DNA from: an uncultured Bacilli bacterium
Lineage (GTDB): Bacteria; Bacillota_I; Bacilli_A; RF39; UBA660
Assembly: GCA_934130175.1 (NCBI GenBank)
Contig: CAKOXP010000008.1
Coordinates: forward strand, 181-64,180
Direction of reading: 5' to 3'
Length of the DNA: 64,000 bases
Each line of letters starts with the position of its first letter. Positions within the stretch are counted from its first letter, which is position 1. Below the pieces are notes generated by a model. It saw nothing but the letters and a program-made list of their open reading frames with translations. It ran no database searches and was not told the origin of the DNA. This document shows, piece after piece, positions 23,634 to 32,967 of this stretch. The position numbers and the translations under genes were made by a program.

Positions 23634-26258
23634 TTATTTTGCTTCATACCAATTAGAACCTGTTTCAATATCAACAACTAATGGAACATCTAATTTATAG
23701 GTGTTTTCCATAATATCTTTAACAATTTTCCTAACTGTTTCAGCCTCATCGTTTAAAACATTAAACACAAGTTCATCGTGTACTTGAATTAACATTTTAC
23801 TCTTTAAACCTTGTTTTTTAAACTCATCATAAATCTCTACCATAGCTTTCTTTAAAATATCCGCTGCGGTACCCTGGATTGGAGTATTTAATGCTATTCT
23901 CTCTCCGGCACTACGAACCATATAGTTTTTATTTTGTAATTCTTCAATTACTCTTTTACGATTCATAAGTGTTTTTACATATCCATTTTTATATGCATCT
24001 TGTTTTTCTTTATCCATATATTCCTTAATACCTGGATAAGTCTCTAGGTAATTATCAATAAATTCTTTAGCCGTTTTTATATCAATTCCTAAATCTTCAC
24101 TTAATCCAAAGCTACTTATTCCATATAAAATTCCAAAGTTAACTGCTTTTGCTGTTCTTCGCATATCTTTAGTAACATCCTCGATTGGAACATGGAAGAT
24201 ATCTGATGCAGTTTTAGCATGAATATCTTGATTGTTTTTGAAAGCTTCGATTAAGTTTGAAGCATCTGATAGTGACGAAAAAATTCTAAGTTCTACTTGA
24301 GAATAATCACTAGATAAAATAATAGAATCATCATCAGGAATAAAAGCTTTTCTAATCAATCTAGAATATTCTGCTCGTGCTGGGATATTTTGTAAATTAG
24401 GATTGATACTAGAAAGTCTTCCTGTTCTAGTTAAAGTTTGTGTAAATATTGTATGAATTCTTCCATCTTCTCTTATTTCATTTTTAAGTCCTACTGCATA
24501 GTTTGTATATAATTTTATTAGTGTTCTATATTCCAATATCTTGTTTACAATAGGATGAGCATCTTTAATTTTTTCTAAAATTTCTTTATTAGTTAGATAT
24601 TGATATCTTTTATTAGCAGAATTATTTCTTTTAGGATATTTTATGCCTAACTTTTCAAACAAAACTTCTCCTAATTGTTTTGGAGACATGATATTAAATT
24701 CATATCCTGCATCTAAATAAATTGCCTGTTCCATATCATTTATATGTTTTTCTAAGTCTTTAGCAACTTCATCTAAATATTCTGAATCAACCTTTATACC
24801 GGTTAATTCCATATCTGCTAGTACTCTAGCTAAAGGCATTTCTATATCTTCAAATAGACTTTTTTCTTCTTCTTTTTCTAACTCTTCTTCTAATTTATCG
24901 TGTGTTTCGTAAATGAATTTAGCTTTTTCTATACATAAAGTTTTTATTTTTTCTTCTTCTACTTCTTTTCTTCTTTTATCAGTTCCATAAGACTCTTCAT
25001 ATGACTCAATATCATAGTCTAACTCTTTTGCTAAATAACTGATATCATCTTTAACATTATAATTTAAAAGATAAGCTGCTATCATTGTATCAAAAATAGT
25101 ATTTTTTTCTTTAATCCCTACGTTATTAAATAAAACTATATTTTTCTTTAAATCATAGGTGTACTTGTTATAAATTGATGAAAATATTTCTTTGTATTTT
25201 TCTAAAGATTCCTTATTTATGAAATATCCATAATCTCCATCATAAATTCCTATTCCAATGATATTTGCCTTACTATATATTGTGCCATCCATTTCAATAT
25301 AATAAGAAAAATCACGGTCTTTTGAAAAGTCATTTATATCTTTTATTTCTAATGTTTTTACCTTTTTTTCTTCTTTTTCTTCATTTTTTAAATCTAGAGT
25401 TGGTAATTTTCTAAGTAATGAGTTAAATTCAAATTCTTGTAACAAACTAATATATTCTTCTAAATTTAGACCATTATATTTTAAATCTTCCAAAGAAAAG
25501 TCAAGTGGTACTTCTCTATAAATTGTAGCCATTTCATAACTCATATAAGCTTTATCTTTATCATTTATAAGTTTTTCTTTTGTCTTACCAGTAACGCTAT
25601 CTATATTTTCATATAAGTTATCTAAACTCTTATATTTGGTAAGTAGATTAATAGCTGTTTTTTCACCTATTCCTTTTACACCAGGAATATTATCACTAGC
25701 ATCTCCCATTAATGCTTTTAAATCTATCATTTTGATAGGTTCTACCCCATAGGTATTCATAAATTCTTGTGTATCCATTCTAACAAAGCCACTAGTCTTT
25801 AAAAGTTTTACATCCACTTCATCACTTATTAATTGAAGCAAGTCTTTATCACTACTTATAATAGTTGCGATAAACTGATCTTCTTCATCAACAATTCTTG
25901 AAACAGTACCAATAATATCATCTGCTTCATAATTATCTATTTCAAAGTGTTTAATTCCCATTGCATCCAAAATTTCTTTAGCTTTAGGAAATTGCTCTTT
26001 TAACTCTTCTGGAGTTGCATTACGTCCTCCCTTATAAAAGTCATATTTATTATGTCTAAAGGATTTTCCTTTATCGAATGCTACTAAAATATAATTAGGT
26101 TCTTCTTCTTTAATGATTTTATTCATCATATTAATAAAACCATATAAAGCATTAGTAGGAAATCCTTTAGAATTTCTCATAATAACACCTTGATAAGCAG
26201 TTGCAAAATAACTTCTAAATAATAAATTATTACCATCCACCAAGATTAATTTTTTCAT
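23634..26258 (-). CDS. polA: DNA polymerase I
   Basis: 874 aa with a 5'-nuclease N-terminus and family A polymerase motifs (DYSQVELR, RRTAKAVNFGILYG, QVHDELV). Confidence 0.95.
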   Translation of the reverse strand: MKKLILVDGNNLLFRSYFATAYQGVIMRNSKGFPTNALYGFINMMNKIIKEEEPNYILVAFDKGKSFRHNKYDFYKGGRNATPEELKEQFPKAKEILDAMGIKHFEIDNYEADDIIGTVSRIVDEEDQFIATIISSDKDLLQLISDEVDVKLLKTSGFVRMDTQEFMNTYGVEPIKMIDLKALMGDASDNIPGVKGIGEKTAINLLTKYKSLDNLYENIDSVTGKTKEKLINDKDKAYMSYEMATIYREVPLDFSLEDLKYNGLNLEEYISLLQEFEFNSLLRKLPTLDLKNEEKEEKKVKTLEIKDINDFSKDRDFSYYIEMDGTIYSKANIIGIGIYDGDYGYFINKESLEKYKEIFSSIYNKYTYDLKKNIVLFNNVGIKEKNTIFDTMIAAYLLNYNVKDDISYLAKELDYDIESYEESYGTDKRRKEVEEEKIKTLCIEKAKFIYETHDKLEEELEKEEEKSLFEDIEMPLARVLADMELTGIKVDSEYLDEVAKDLEKHINDMEQAIYLDAGYEFNIMSPKQLGEVLFEKLGIKYPKRNNSANKRYQYLTNKEILEKIKDAHPIVNKILEYRTLIKLYTNYAVGLKNEIREDGRIHTIFTQTLTRTGRLSSINPNLQNIPARAEYSRLIRKAFIPDDDSIILSSDYSQVELRIFSSLSDASNLIEAFKNNQDIHAKTASDIFHVPIEDVTKDMRRTAKAVNFGILYGISSFGLSEDLGIDIKTAKEFIDNYLETYPGIKEYMDKEKQDAYKNGYVKTLMNRKRVIEELQNKNYMVRSAGERIALNTPIQGTAADILKKAMVEIYDEFKKQGLKSKMLIQVHDELVFNVLNDEAETVRKIVKDIMENTYKLDVPLVVDIETGSNWYEAK

Positions 26259-26301
26259 ATTACATCACCTAAAGTACATTATATCATACTTTTTGTGAAA
26301 C

Positions 26302-26451
26302 TTATCTTGCTAATTTAATAGTAAGTGCTTGATTTGTATTTGTACTTGCATGATCTAGTTCAGTAACTCTATTAGATATTAATAAAGTTGATGCTATAGC
26401 CATCAAATATATAAATGTTACAAACATACCTTTCTTTACTATTTCCATCAT
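26302..26451 (-). CDS. 49-aa single-TM peptide divergent from lexA (candidate SOS-induced division inhibitor, SosA/YneA-like by position)
   Basis: Below the track size cutoff. SD GGAGAGG lies 6 nt before ATG 26451. Peptide: MMEIVKKGMFVTFIYLMAIASTLLISNRVTELDHASTNTNQALTIKLAR. Confidence 0.5.
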   Translation of the reverse strand: MMEIVKKGMFVTFIYLMAIASTLLISNRVTELDHASTNTNQALTIKLAR

Positions 26452-26481
26452 TTTAATCCTCTCCTTTCTCTTGACAATTTA

Positions 26482-26510
26482 AGTATACATCATACACTTG
26501 TTCGTGTCAA
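26482..26510 (-). promoter_or_regulatory. Consensus promoter (TTGACA-17-TATACT) with a LexA-like box CGAACAAGTGTATG in the spacer
   Basis: Minus strand: -35 at 26505..26510, box at 26491..26504, -10 at 26482..26487. Confidence 0.6.
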
Positions 26511-26519
26511 TGATATTTT

Positions 26520-26559
26520 AAAACATTTGTTTGACAATTTACACTATTAATGTTAAACT
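26520..26559 (+). promoter_or_regulatory. lexA promoter (TTGACA-17-TAAACT) with the dyad AAAACATTTGTTTG overlapping the -35
   Basis: -35 at 26531..26536 and -10 at 26554..26559. The AAAC-N4-GTTT dyad at 26520..26533 is a degenerate Cheo box (10 of 14). Confidence 0.45.
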
Positions 26560-26580
26560 AAAGTTACAAGGAGGGATTGT

Positions 26581-27198
26581 ATGGAAAAGTTAACTGAAAA
26601 ACAAGAATATATTTTACAGATTCTGAAACAATTAAAAGCTAAAAATGGTTATGCCCCTACTGTTAGAGAAATTGGTGCTGCTGCTAATTTACATTCACCA
26701 GCAACTATTCATTTTCATCTAAAAAAACTTGAAGAAAAAGGATTCATCAAAAAAGATACAAGTAAAAATAGAACTATTGAGATATTAGTTCCAAATGAAT
26801 TTGAAGAAACTAATGAAAATATTGTTGAGGTTCCATTACTTGGAAAAGTTACAGCTGGTACTCCAATAGAAGCCATAGAAACACCTGATGAATATTTTTC
26901 ATTACCGGCTAATTTGGTTACTAATAAAAAGGAAGTTTTCACCTTAAAAGTAAGTGGAGAATCCATGATTAATGTTGGAATCTATGATGGAGATATCTTA
27001 ATTGTAGAAAGACAAAATACTGCTAAAAATGGTGACACAGTAGTTGCTATGAATAAGGATAATGAAGCAACAGTTAAAACATTCTATAAAGAAAATGGAC
27101 ATTTTAGATTACAGCCTGAAAATGATACAATGGATCCTATCATTCTTGATCAAGTTACGATATTAGGTAAAGCTGTTGGATTATACAGAAAATTTTAA
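26581..27198 (+). CDS. lexA: LexA repressor (S24 autopeptidase)
   Basis: N-terminal wHTH (GYAPTVREIG), an AG cleavage site (VTAGTP), Ser in VSGESM and Lys in ATVKTF. Confidence 0.95.
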   Translation: MEKLTEKQEYILQILKQLKAKNGYAPTVREIGAAANLHSPATIHFHLKKLEEKGFIKKDTSKNRTIEILVPNEFEETNENIVEVPLLGKVTAGTPIEAIETPDEYFSLPANLVTNKKEVFTLKVSGESMINVGIYDGDILIVERQNTAKNGDTVVAMNKDNEATVKTFYKENGHFRLQPENDTMDPIILDQVTILGKAVGLYRKF

Positions 27199-27212
27199 TA
27201 AAAAAATAAAAA

Positions 27213-27240
27213 ATGCTGATATTAAGTCAGCGTTTTTTTA
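27213..27240. terminator. Bidirectional terminator between lexA and the convergent gene
   Basis: A-run, GCTGA-tattaag-TCAGC, then T7. Confidence 0.7.
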
Positions 27241-28461
27241 TGGCATTGTGTATGAAAATCCAAATACGTATGTTGAACCTGCATATATATGAGTAGTGTA
27301 AGTTTTTCCTCTTTCGTTATTATGATTTGAAGCATATATTCTTCCAAACTTATAACTACCATATCTATTTGAATAATCTGTAGCACTATACAATTTTAAA
27401 TCATCTTGACCATTGGCATTCGACCAAGTTGGAAAACTTGTTATATCAGATCTTCCAAATACAGCAACCTCTACATCGCCAGGACCAAATTCATAATATC
27501 TGTAAACGACTCCTGATATTGGAAATTCATCAATTTTATCCTTATAACTAACTAGATTACCACCTTGATTATTTAATATTGGATAACCAGTACGCGTAGC
27601 TTTGATTGTATTGTTAATCAAATAAGTATAACTATTATTTCTATTTAAAACAGCATAAAAACCAGAATTAGAAGTTATTTGTATAGTCATATTCTCGATA
27701 TTAGCTTTTGCTGAATCATCTGTTCCTAAAGTACTATTATTAACAAAACCATATCCCGTTGATTCTATGGTTCCACCTTCTGTTTTTATTCTTCCACCTT
27801 CATCATTATATAGTGCAGTCCCGTCTGTTCCTTCTTTTGTCAATTTTATGTTAGCTTTTTTGATATTTAAAGACCCCTTATTTCTGATTGTCCATCCTAT
27901 AGTGTTAGAAAAATTACCATTTTCAATGGTACATCTTCCATCACTATCATTAAATAATGAATTACTACTACTACCAGAGTAAGTATATGTACCATCTGTT
28001 ATAGTAAGCTCACCATTATTATAAATTGTAGGTTCAGAACCATTGCAATCAATACTGCCGTTGCTTATCTTGACTTTTGAACCAGATGCAATCGAAATAC
28101 ATCCATTAATTTTCTTACCACTAAGATTAATTTCTGCTATATTCTTACCAATATTTATTGTATTAGTTTCTGTTATATCACTTTGTACAATGATTTTAGA
28201 ACCTTCAGGAGCATCTGCTACAGCATCACCTATTGATTCATAGTGTCTTTTTGTTGAATAAGGAGTTTGAACTGTAACAGGAGTTGTTATATTTTTTTCT
28301 AGTTCATCAACTACAGTTTGTGTAAATTCTTTACTATTTTTACGATTAAAAGCCATTATACTTATAATCATTCCCATAACCAAAACGATTACTATAAGTA
28401 ATCCATAAAGCATTGTAGAAACCGCAAATCCCTTATTATTCATTTTTTTCATTATTGTCAC
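27238..28461 (-). CDS. Surface protein: pilin-like N-terminus, beta-helix-like middle, C-terminal GBS Bsp-like repeat
   Basis: The probable start is ATG 28452 (MKKMNNKGFAVSTMLYGLLIV...). The middle is rich in short N/G/T strands. The C-terminus FPTWSNANGQDDLKLYSAT...GSYKF...ASNHNNERGKTYTTHIYAG matches the Bsp-like repeat pattern as I remember it. Confidence 0.55.
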   Translation of the reverse strand: MTIMKKMNNKGFAVSTMLYGLLIVIVLVMGMIISIMAFNRKNSKEFTQTVVDELEKNITTPVTVQTPYSTKRHYESIGDAVADAPEGSKIIVQSDITETNTINIGKNIAEINLSGKKINGCISIASGSKVKISNGSIDCNGSEPTIYNNGELTITDGTYTYSGSSSNSLFNDSDGRCTIENGNFSNTIGWTIRNKGSLNIKKANIKLTKEGTDGTALYNDEGGRIKTEGGTIESTGYGFVNNSTLGTDDSAKANIENMTIQITSNSGFYAVLNRNNSYTYLINNTIKATRTGYPILNNQGGNLVSYKDKIDEFPISGVVYRYYEFGPGDVEVAVFGRSDITSFPTWSNANGQDDLKLYSATDYSNRYGSYKFGRIYASNHNNERGKTYTTHIYAGSTYVFGFSYTMP

Positions 28462-28486
28462 AATCCTTATTATTAATATAATAATA

Positions 28487-29026
28487 TCATATTTTTTTTA
28501 GTATTACTACATATTTATCCCCATATTTTTTATCCTTTATCATAGAATATTCAGAAGAATAAATAATTTTTTCTAAACTATCGCTTTCACAAATTATTAA
28601 ACCATTCTTATTTAATAAATCATTGTCACTAATTAATTTTATAGCCTCTTCAATGTAATTGGTTTTATATGGTGGATCTAAAAAAATAATATCAAATTTA
28701 GTATCTATTTCTTTTAATACTTTTTTAAAATCGCCATAAATGACAACACATTTATCTGAAATACCAAGCCTATTCAGATTGTATTTAATTATTTTGATTG
28801 CTTTTTTATTAAAATCTGCTAAATATGATTTGTTTGCCCCTTGACTAATTGCTTCTATCCCTAAATTACCGCTTCCTGAAAATAGGTCTAAGCAAGTACT
28901 ATTATGAATATTATTTTGAATCATCGCAAACAAAGATTCTTTTACCCTATCCATTGTTGGTCTAGTACCTTCTAAGTTAAAGCCTTCCAAGACTCTTCCT
29001 TTTAAACTTCCACTAATTATTTTCAT
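28487..29026 (-). CDS. rsmD: 16S rRNA (guanine966-N2)-methyltransferase
   Basis: LDLFSGSGNLGIEAIS and the LDPPY motif; 179 aa. Confidence 0.88.
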   Translation of the reverse strand: MKIISGSLKGRVLEGFNLEGTRPTMDRVKESLFAMIQNNIHNSTCLDLFSGSGNLGIEAISQGANKSYLADFNKKAIKIIKYNLNRLGISDKCVVIYGDFKKVLKEIDTKFDIIFLDPPYKTNYIEEAIKLISDNDLLNKNGLIICESDSLEKIIYSSEYSMIKDKKYGDKYVVILKKI

Positions 29027-29307
29027 CTATTACAGCCCCTAACATTATCGATACTTCTTAATTTTTCATTAATATGCATAATTAGAAAATTAACTTCATT
29101 TTCAAGCAATTTATATTTTTTTATTTCTTTGTGATTATAAATATCTAATCTTAAATTATTATCAGGTATTTGATTATATTTTTTTATTTTTTCTAATAAC
29201 TCATCATTTTTTTCTATATCAGAAAAAGCTTCATCTAATTTATTAAATAATTCAAGTGAATCAAGATCATTTTTAACTCTTTCTAATTTTTCATAAATCT
29301 CTGTCAT
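29023..29307 (-). CDS. YlbF/YmcA (DUF963)-like small helical protein
   Basis: 94-aa helical protein with a C-terminal GC. Synteny with ylbD/ylbE-like genes and rsmD, as in the Bacillus ylb region. Confidence 0.4.
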   Translation of the reverse strand: MTEIYEKLERVKNDLDSLELFNKLDEAFSDIEKNDELLEKIKKYNQIPDNNLRLDIYNHKEIKKYKLLENEVNFLIMHINEKLRSIDNVRGCNR

Positions 29308-29364
29308 TTATATCACCAATTATATTCTATCATATAAAAGAAAAAAATAGAAATAATACAATTT

Positions 29365-29586
29365 CTATTTTAAAACATCCATAAAACTGTGAATTAAATT
29401 CATACTTTGATTTAGTTTTTCTAGTTTATCTTCAGTTGTTAATTTATATTTAGCTTTCATTGCTTTTTCTAAATCTTTTATTGAATTTGGATCTCTATTT
29501 AAGTATTTATACCAATAAGATTCTTCTCTTAAAAATCTATATATATTAGGATTAGATCTGACTATTATCTGAGTTTTTATATCCAT
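29365..29586 (-). CDS. YlbE-like protein
   Basis: The RSNPNIYRFLREESYWYKYLNRDP pattern resembles YlbE (..RFLREQPIWYRKLSRNP..). Confidence 0.55.
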   Translation of the reverse strand: MDIKTQIIVRSNPNIYRFLREESYWYKYLNRDPNSIKDLEKAMKAKYKLTTEDKLEKLNQSMNLIHSFMDVLK

Positions 29587-29945
29587 TAATCATCAAAATA
29601 TTTATACATTGGTCTTGGCTCATATGTTGGAACTTTTGTTTTTGAACCTATTCCAATATCTTGAAGTAATCCTATTGTTTTCTGTAAATTATTTACGCCC
29701 TTTTGTACTGAGTCCAAATCAACTTTCTTAATCATATTTATAAGTTCTGAAAATGAAGATTCTCTAGTATCTAGACTGCTTGTAGTAGTCTCTTTTTTTG
29801 ATATATACTTATCCCAAACACTACTATTTTCTCCATATAGTTCATATAGTTCATATAGTTTTTGCCAACTAGTTTTATTATCCATAACACTATTACCTAA
29901 TTCGGGATAATTTCTAACAAAATTTTTAAATGTTTCCTTTGACAT
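29586..29945 (-). CDS. YlbD-like protein
   Basis: FKNFVRNYPELGNSV...TSWQKLYELYELYGENSSVWDKY resembles the YlbD signature WQ..YE.W.L.GE...W..Y. Confidence 0.55.
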   Translation of the reverse strand: MSKETFKNFVRNYPELGNSVMDNKTSWQKLYELYELYGENSSVWDKYISKKETTTSSLDTRESSFSELINMIKKVDLDSVQKGVNNLQKTIGLLQDIGIGSKTKVPTYEPRPMYKYFDD

Positions 29946-30005
29946 ATTAATTCACCTATTAAAATATATGACAAATAAAATAAGATATGTAAAAAGAGGA
30001 AATTA

Positions 30006-32258
30006 TTATTCCTCTTCATTGTTATTTAATTGCACTAATACTTCTCGTGGTTTTGAACCATTAGAAGGGCCTATTATTCCTCGCTCTTCTAACAAGTCTA
30101 TAATTCTTGCAGCACGATTATATCCTAATTTAAATTTTCTTTGTAAAAGTGAAGCACTTGCTTTTTGCGTACTTATGACAAATTCAACGATATCATTGTA
30201 TAATGGGTCATCATACTCTTCTTGTTGATTCATATCTTCTATTTGAGATGCACTTTTATCACTACTTGAAACATCTAAATTCATCATGGCTTCATCATAT
30301 TGAGCTTTCTGTTGAGAAATTGTGTAGTCAATTATTCTTTTTATTTCATCATCTGTAATAAATGAACCTTGAATACGAAGTGGAGAATTCATTCCGATTG
30401 GTAAGAACAACATATCTCCTTTTCCTAAAAGGTTTTCTGCTCCTGTTTGATCAAGAATTGTTCTAGAATCGATTCCAGATCCAACAGAAAATGCTATACG
30501 TGATGGGATATTAGCTTTAATTAATCCTGTGATTACTTCAGTTGATGGACGTTGTGTTGCGACTATTAAATGCATTCCAGCAGCACGTGCTTTTTGAGTA
30601 ATTCTTAAAATTGAATCCTCTACTTCCTTTGCAGCAACCATCATTAAATCAGCCAACTCATCGATAATAATAACTATGTATGGCATTTTTTCCTTTTTAG
30701 CATCAATATCTGTAATTTTAGAATTTTCTTTTTCGATATAAGCATTATATCCTTCAATGTTTTTTGTTTTAGATTCACTAAACACTTGATATCTTCTTTC
30801 CATCTCAGCAACCATTTTAGCAAGAGCAATTGATGCCTGTTTAGGATCTGTAACAACAGGTCTCAATAGATGAGGTACGCCATTATAAACTGAAAGTTCA
30901 ACAACCTTAGGATCTACCATAACAAGTTTTACTTCATCTGGTTTTGCTCTCATTAAAATTGAACAAATAATTCCATTAACACAAACAGATTTACCTGAAC
31001 CTGTAGTTCCTGCTATAAGTAAATGCGGCATTTTATTGATTTCACAAACACCAATATCACCCATAATACTCTTACCAAGAGGTACCATCAACTTTTTATC
31101 CATTGCACTTTGCATCTGTTTACTACTGATAATCTCATAAAAACTAACTGGGGATGGGGTATCGTTAGCAAACTCAATTCCAACAGTATTTTTACCTGGA
31201 ATTGGAGCTTCAATTCTAACATCTTTTTTAGCTAGAGCTAAAGAAATTTCTCTATTAATACTTGTAATTTTATTAACTCTTGTACCGCTAGCAATTTCAA
31301 GTTCATACTGAACAACTGTTGGTCCAATATGGACTTCAACTACCTTACCACTAATTTTAAAATCTTTTAATACTTGTTCTAGAGTTGCAATATTTTTCTC
31401 TATTACACTATTATCTGTAGCCTTACTTTTCTTCTTAGGCTTATCAAGCAAATCAATACTAGGCAATTTGTAATCTCTATTGGTTGATGTCTTAGTCTCT
31501 GTTTTGACCTCGTTTGTAGTTCCTTCAGAAACTTTTGCTTGTTCTACTTTAGTTATCTCGTCAATACTAGATATCTTTATATGTTTTCCTTCATCTTTTA
31601 ATTCAGTAGTAATCTCTTCTGTACCGTCCTTGATGATAACACCCTTTGATTTATCTTTAACTTTTTCTTTCTTCCCTCTTGGGGTTCTATTTTTATATTT
31701 TTCTTTTAAAGTATCAAATAAAGAGAAACCAACAAATAATAAGAAACCTAGTCCAATTAATGTCCATGATACTATTTGCATTCCTGTATATGAGAATAAA
31801 GCATCAAAAAGGATTGCAAAAACCCCACCAATAATTCCTCCTCCTACTGCTGTAAGATCAGTAAGTGTTCCTGTATTCATAACACTATTAAAGCCACCAA
31901 CCAACTGATTAATAGTTTCTTTAAAAATACTCATCATATTACTTTCTTTTTCTATAAAACCCTGATGCATTAAAATTAACAGTCCTAATGTAAATACATA
32001 TATTCCAATAAGTTTAGTTGTAAAAAAGTCAGGCCACTCTCTCTTAACTACTAAATACGCACCTATTATTAAAATAGAAACTAAAAAAAGCATATAAATT
32101 GAACCAAATAGGAAAATTGAAAATGATGTAAAAAATCTACCTACTACACCATATTTTCCGAGTCCTAATATAGCAATTAATACAAGTAAAATCCCATATA
32201 ACTCAGCCGCATGCTCGAAACTTTTTTTAGATTCTTTTCTTTTCTTTTTCTTTGCCAT
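30006..32258 (-). CDS. ftsK: DNA translocase FtsK/SpoIIIE
   Basis: N-terminal TM helices, motor domain with GTTGSGKS and IIIDELADLMM, and a C-terminal gamma wHTH (LLQRKFKLGYNRAARIID). Confidence 0.95.
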   Translation of the reverse strand: MAKKKKRKESKKSFEHAAELYGILLVLIAILGLGKYGVVGRFFTSFSIFLFGSIYMLFLVSILIIGAYLVVKREWPDFFTTKLIGIYVFTLGLLILMHQGFIEKESNMMSIFKETINQLVGGFNSVMNTGTLTDLTAVGGGIIGGVFAILFDALFSYTGMQIVSWTLIGLGFLLFVGFSLFDTLKEKYKNRTPRGKKEKVKDKSKGVIIKDGTEEITTELKDEGKHIKISSIDEITKVEQAKVSEGTTNEVKTETKTSTNRDYKLPSIDLLDKPKKKSKATDNSVIEKNIATLEQVLKDFKISGKVVEVHIGPTVVQYELEIASGTRVNKITSINREISLALAKKDVRIEAPIPGKNTVGIEFANDTPSPVSFYEIISSKQMQSAMDKKLMVPLGKSIMGDIGVCEINKMPHLLIAGTTGSGKSVCVNGIICSILMRAKPDEVKLVMVDPKVVELSVYNGVPHLLRPVVTDPKQASIALAKMVAEMERRYQVFSESKTKNIEGYNAYIEKENSKITDIDAKKEKMPYIVIIIDELADLMMVAAKEVEDSILRITQKARAAGMHLIVATQRPSTEVITGLIKANIPSRIAFSVGSGIDSRTILDQTGAENLLGKGDMLFLPIGMNSPLRIQGSFITDDEIKRIIDYTISQQKAQYDEAMMNLDVSSSDKSASQIEDMNQQEEYDDPLYNDIVEFVISTQKASASLLQRKFKLGYNRAARIIDLLEERGIIGPSNGSKPREVLVQLNNNEEE

Positions 32259-32338
32259 TATATCTTACTCCTATCTATAAAAATTATAACACTAAAAGAT
32301 AATATTTCAAAGAAAAAAGTCTCCTACTTAAAGACCAA

Positions 32339-32878
32339 TTACCTTGCATACAATCTAATAATTTCAAAATGATTTTGATTTACATTTGATGATTTTGACG
32401 TTGTTCCTACCACAATGCTTTTTTTTGTTATTGAAATAGCACCATCCCAGTAATAACCATAGTTACTACTATAGGAATAAAGTTTACTACTAAACTTTCC
32501 AGTTGATGTAGGTGGAATTTGATAACTGTTAGCAGAATAGGCCCAAAAGTTAGAAACATAGATTATTGGAACAATTTCTGTATATTCTGACAAATCAATA
32601 TTATAAGTAAGTGAGTAGCCGTTGCTGGTATCTTTAGTTGGTGTTGGTAGAGTTATTTCAATCAAATTCTTGTTAAGCTTATTTGCTAAAACAGTACTTA
32701 CCTTACTACAAGTTCCATCGATTGCTGCTTGAACGTTATCTGCTCCTAAACTGGAATTGTCTGTATAACCAATATTTGAAGCATTAATTGCATATGTTGT
32801 TGCAGCATATGATCCACTTATTGAAATTACACAGGTAATTGTCGCTATTATAAGTGTTATTCTTAAACTCTTTTTCAT
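32339..32878 (-). CDS. Small secreted protein, NVQAAIDG N-module with a unique C-terminal domain (paralog of 17915..18457)
   Basis: SD GGTAGGTG then ATG 32878. Signal peptide ...SISGSYA, then ATTYAINASNIGYTDNSSLGADNVQAAIDGTCSKV. Confidence 0.7.
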   Translation of the reverse strand: MKKSLRITLIIATITCVISISGSYAATTYAINASNIGYTDNSSLGADNVQAAIDGTCSKVSTVLANKLNKNLIEITLPTPTKDTSNGYSLTYNIDLSEYTEIVPIIYVSNFWAYSANSYQIPPTSTGKFSSKLYSYSSNYGYYWDGAISITKKSIVVGTTSKSSNVNQNHFEIIRLYAR

Positions 32879-32912
32879 CTTAGATATCACCTACCATACT
32901 ATATCTAAGATT

Positions 32913-32927
32913 ATTATACCCCCCCCC
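32913..32927 (-). promoter_or_regulatory. -10 TATAAT immediately preceded by a G9 tract in the promoter spacer
   Basis: Minus strand reads TTGATT-tttttt-gcctc-GGGGGGGGG-TATAAT, a 20-nt spacer versus 18 nt in the paralogous promoter. Confidence 0.55.
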
Positions 32928-32932
32928 GAGGC

Positions 32933-32961
32933 AAAAAAAATCAAGCAAAATTTTTGCTTGA
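32933..32961 (-). terminator. Intrinsic terminator after ftsZ (homologous to the one after rpmF)
   Basis: TCAAGCAAAA-a-TTTTGCTTGA followed by T8. Confidence 0.7.
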
Positions 32962-32967
32962 CTTAGA

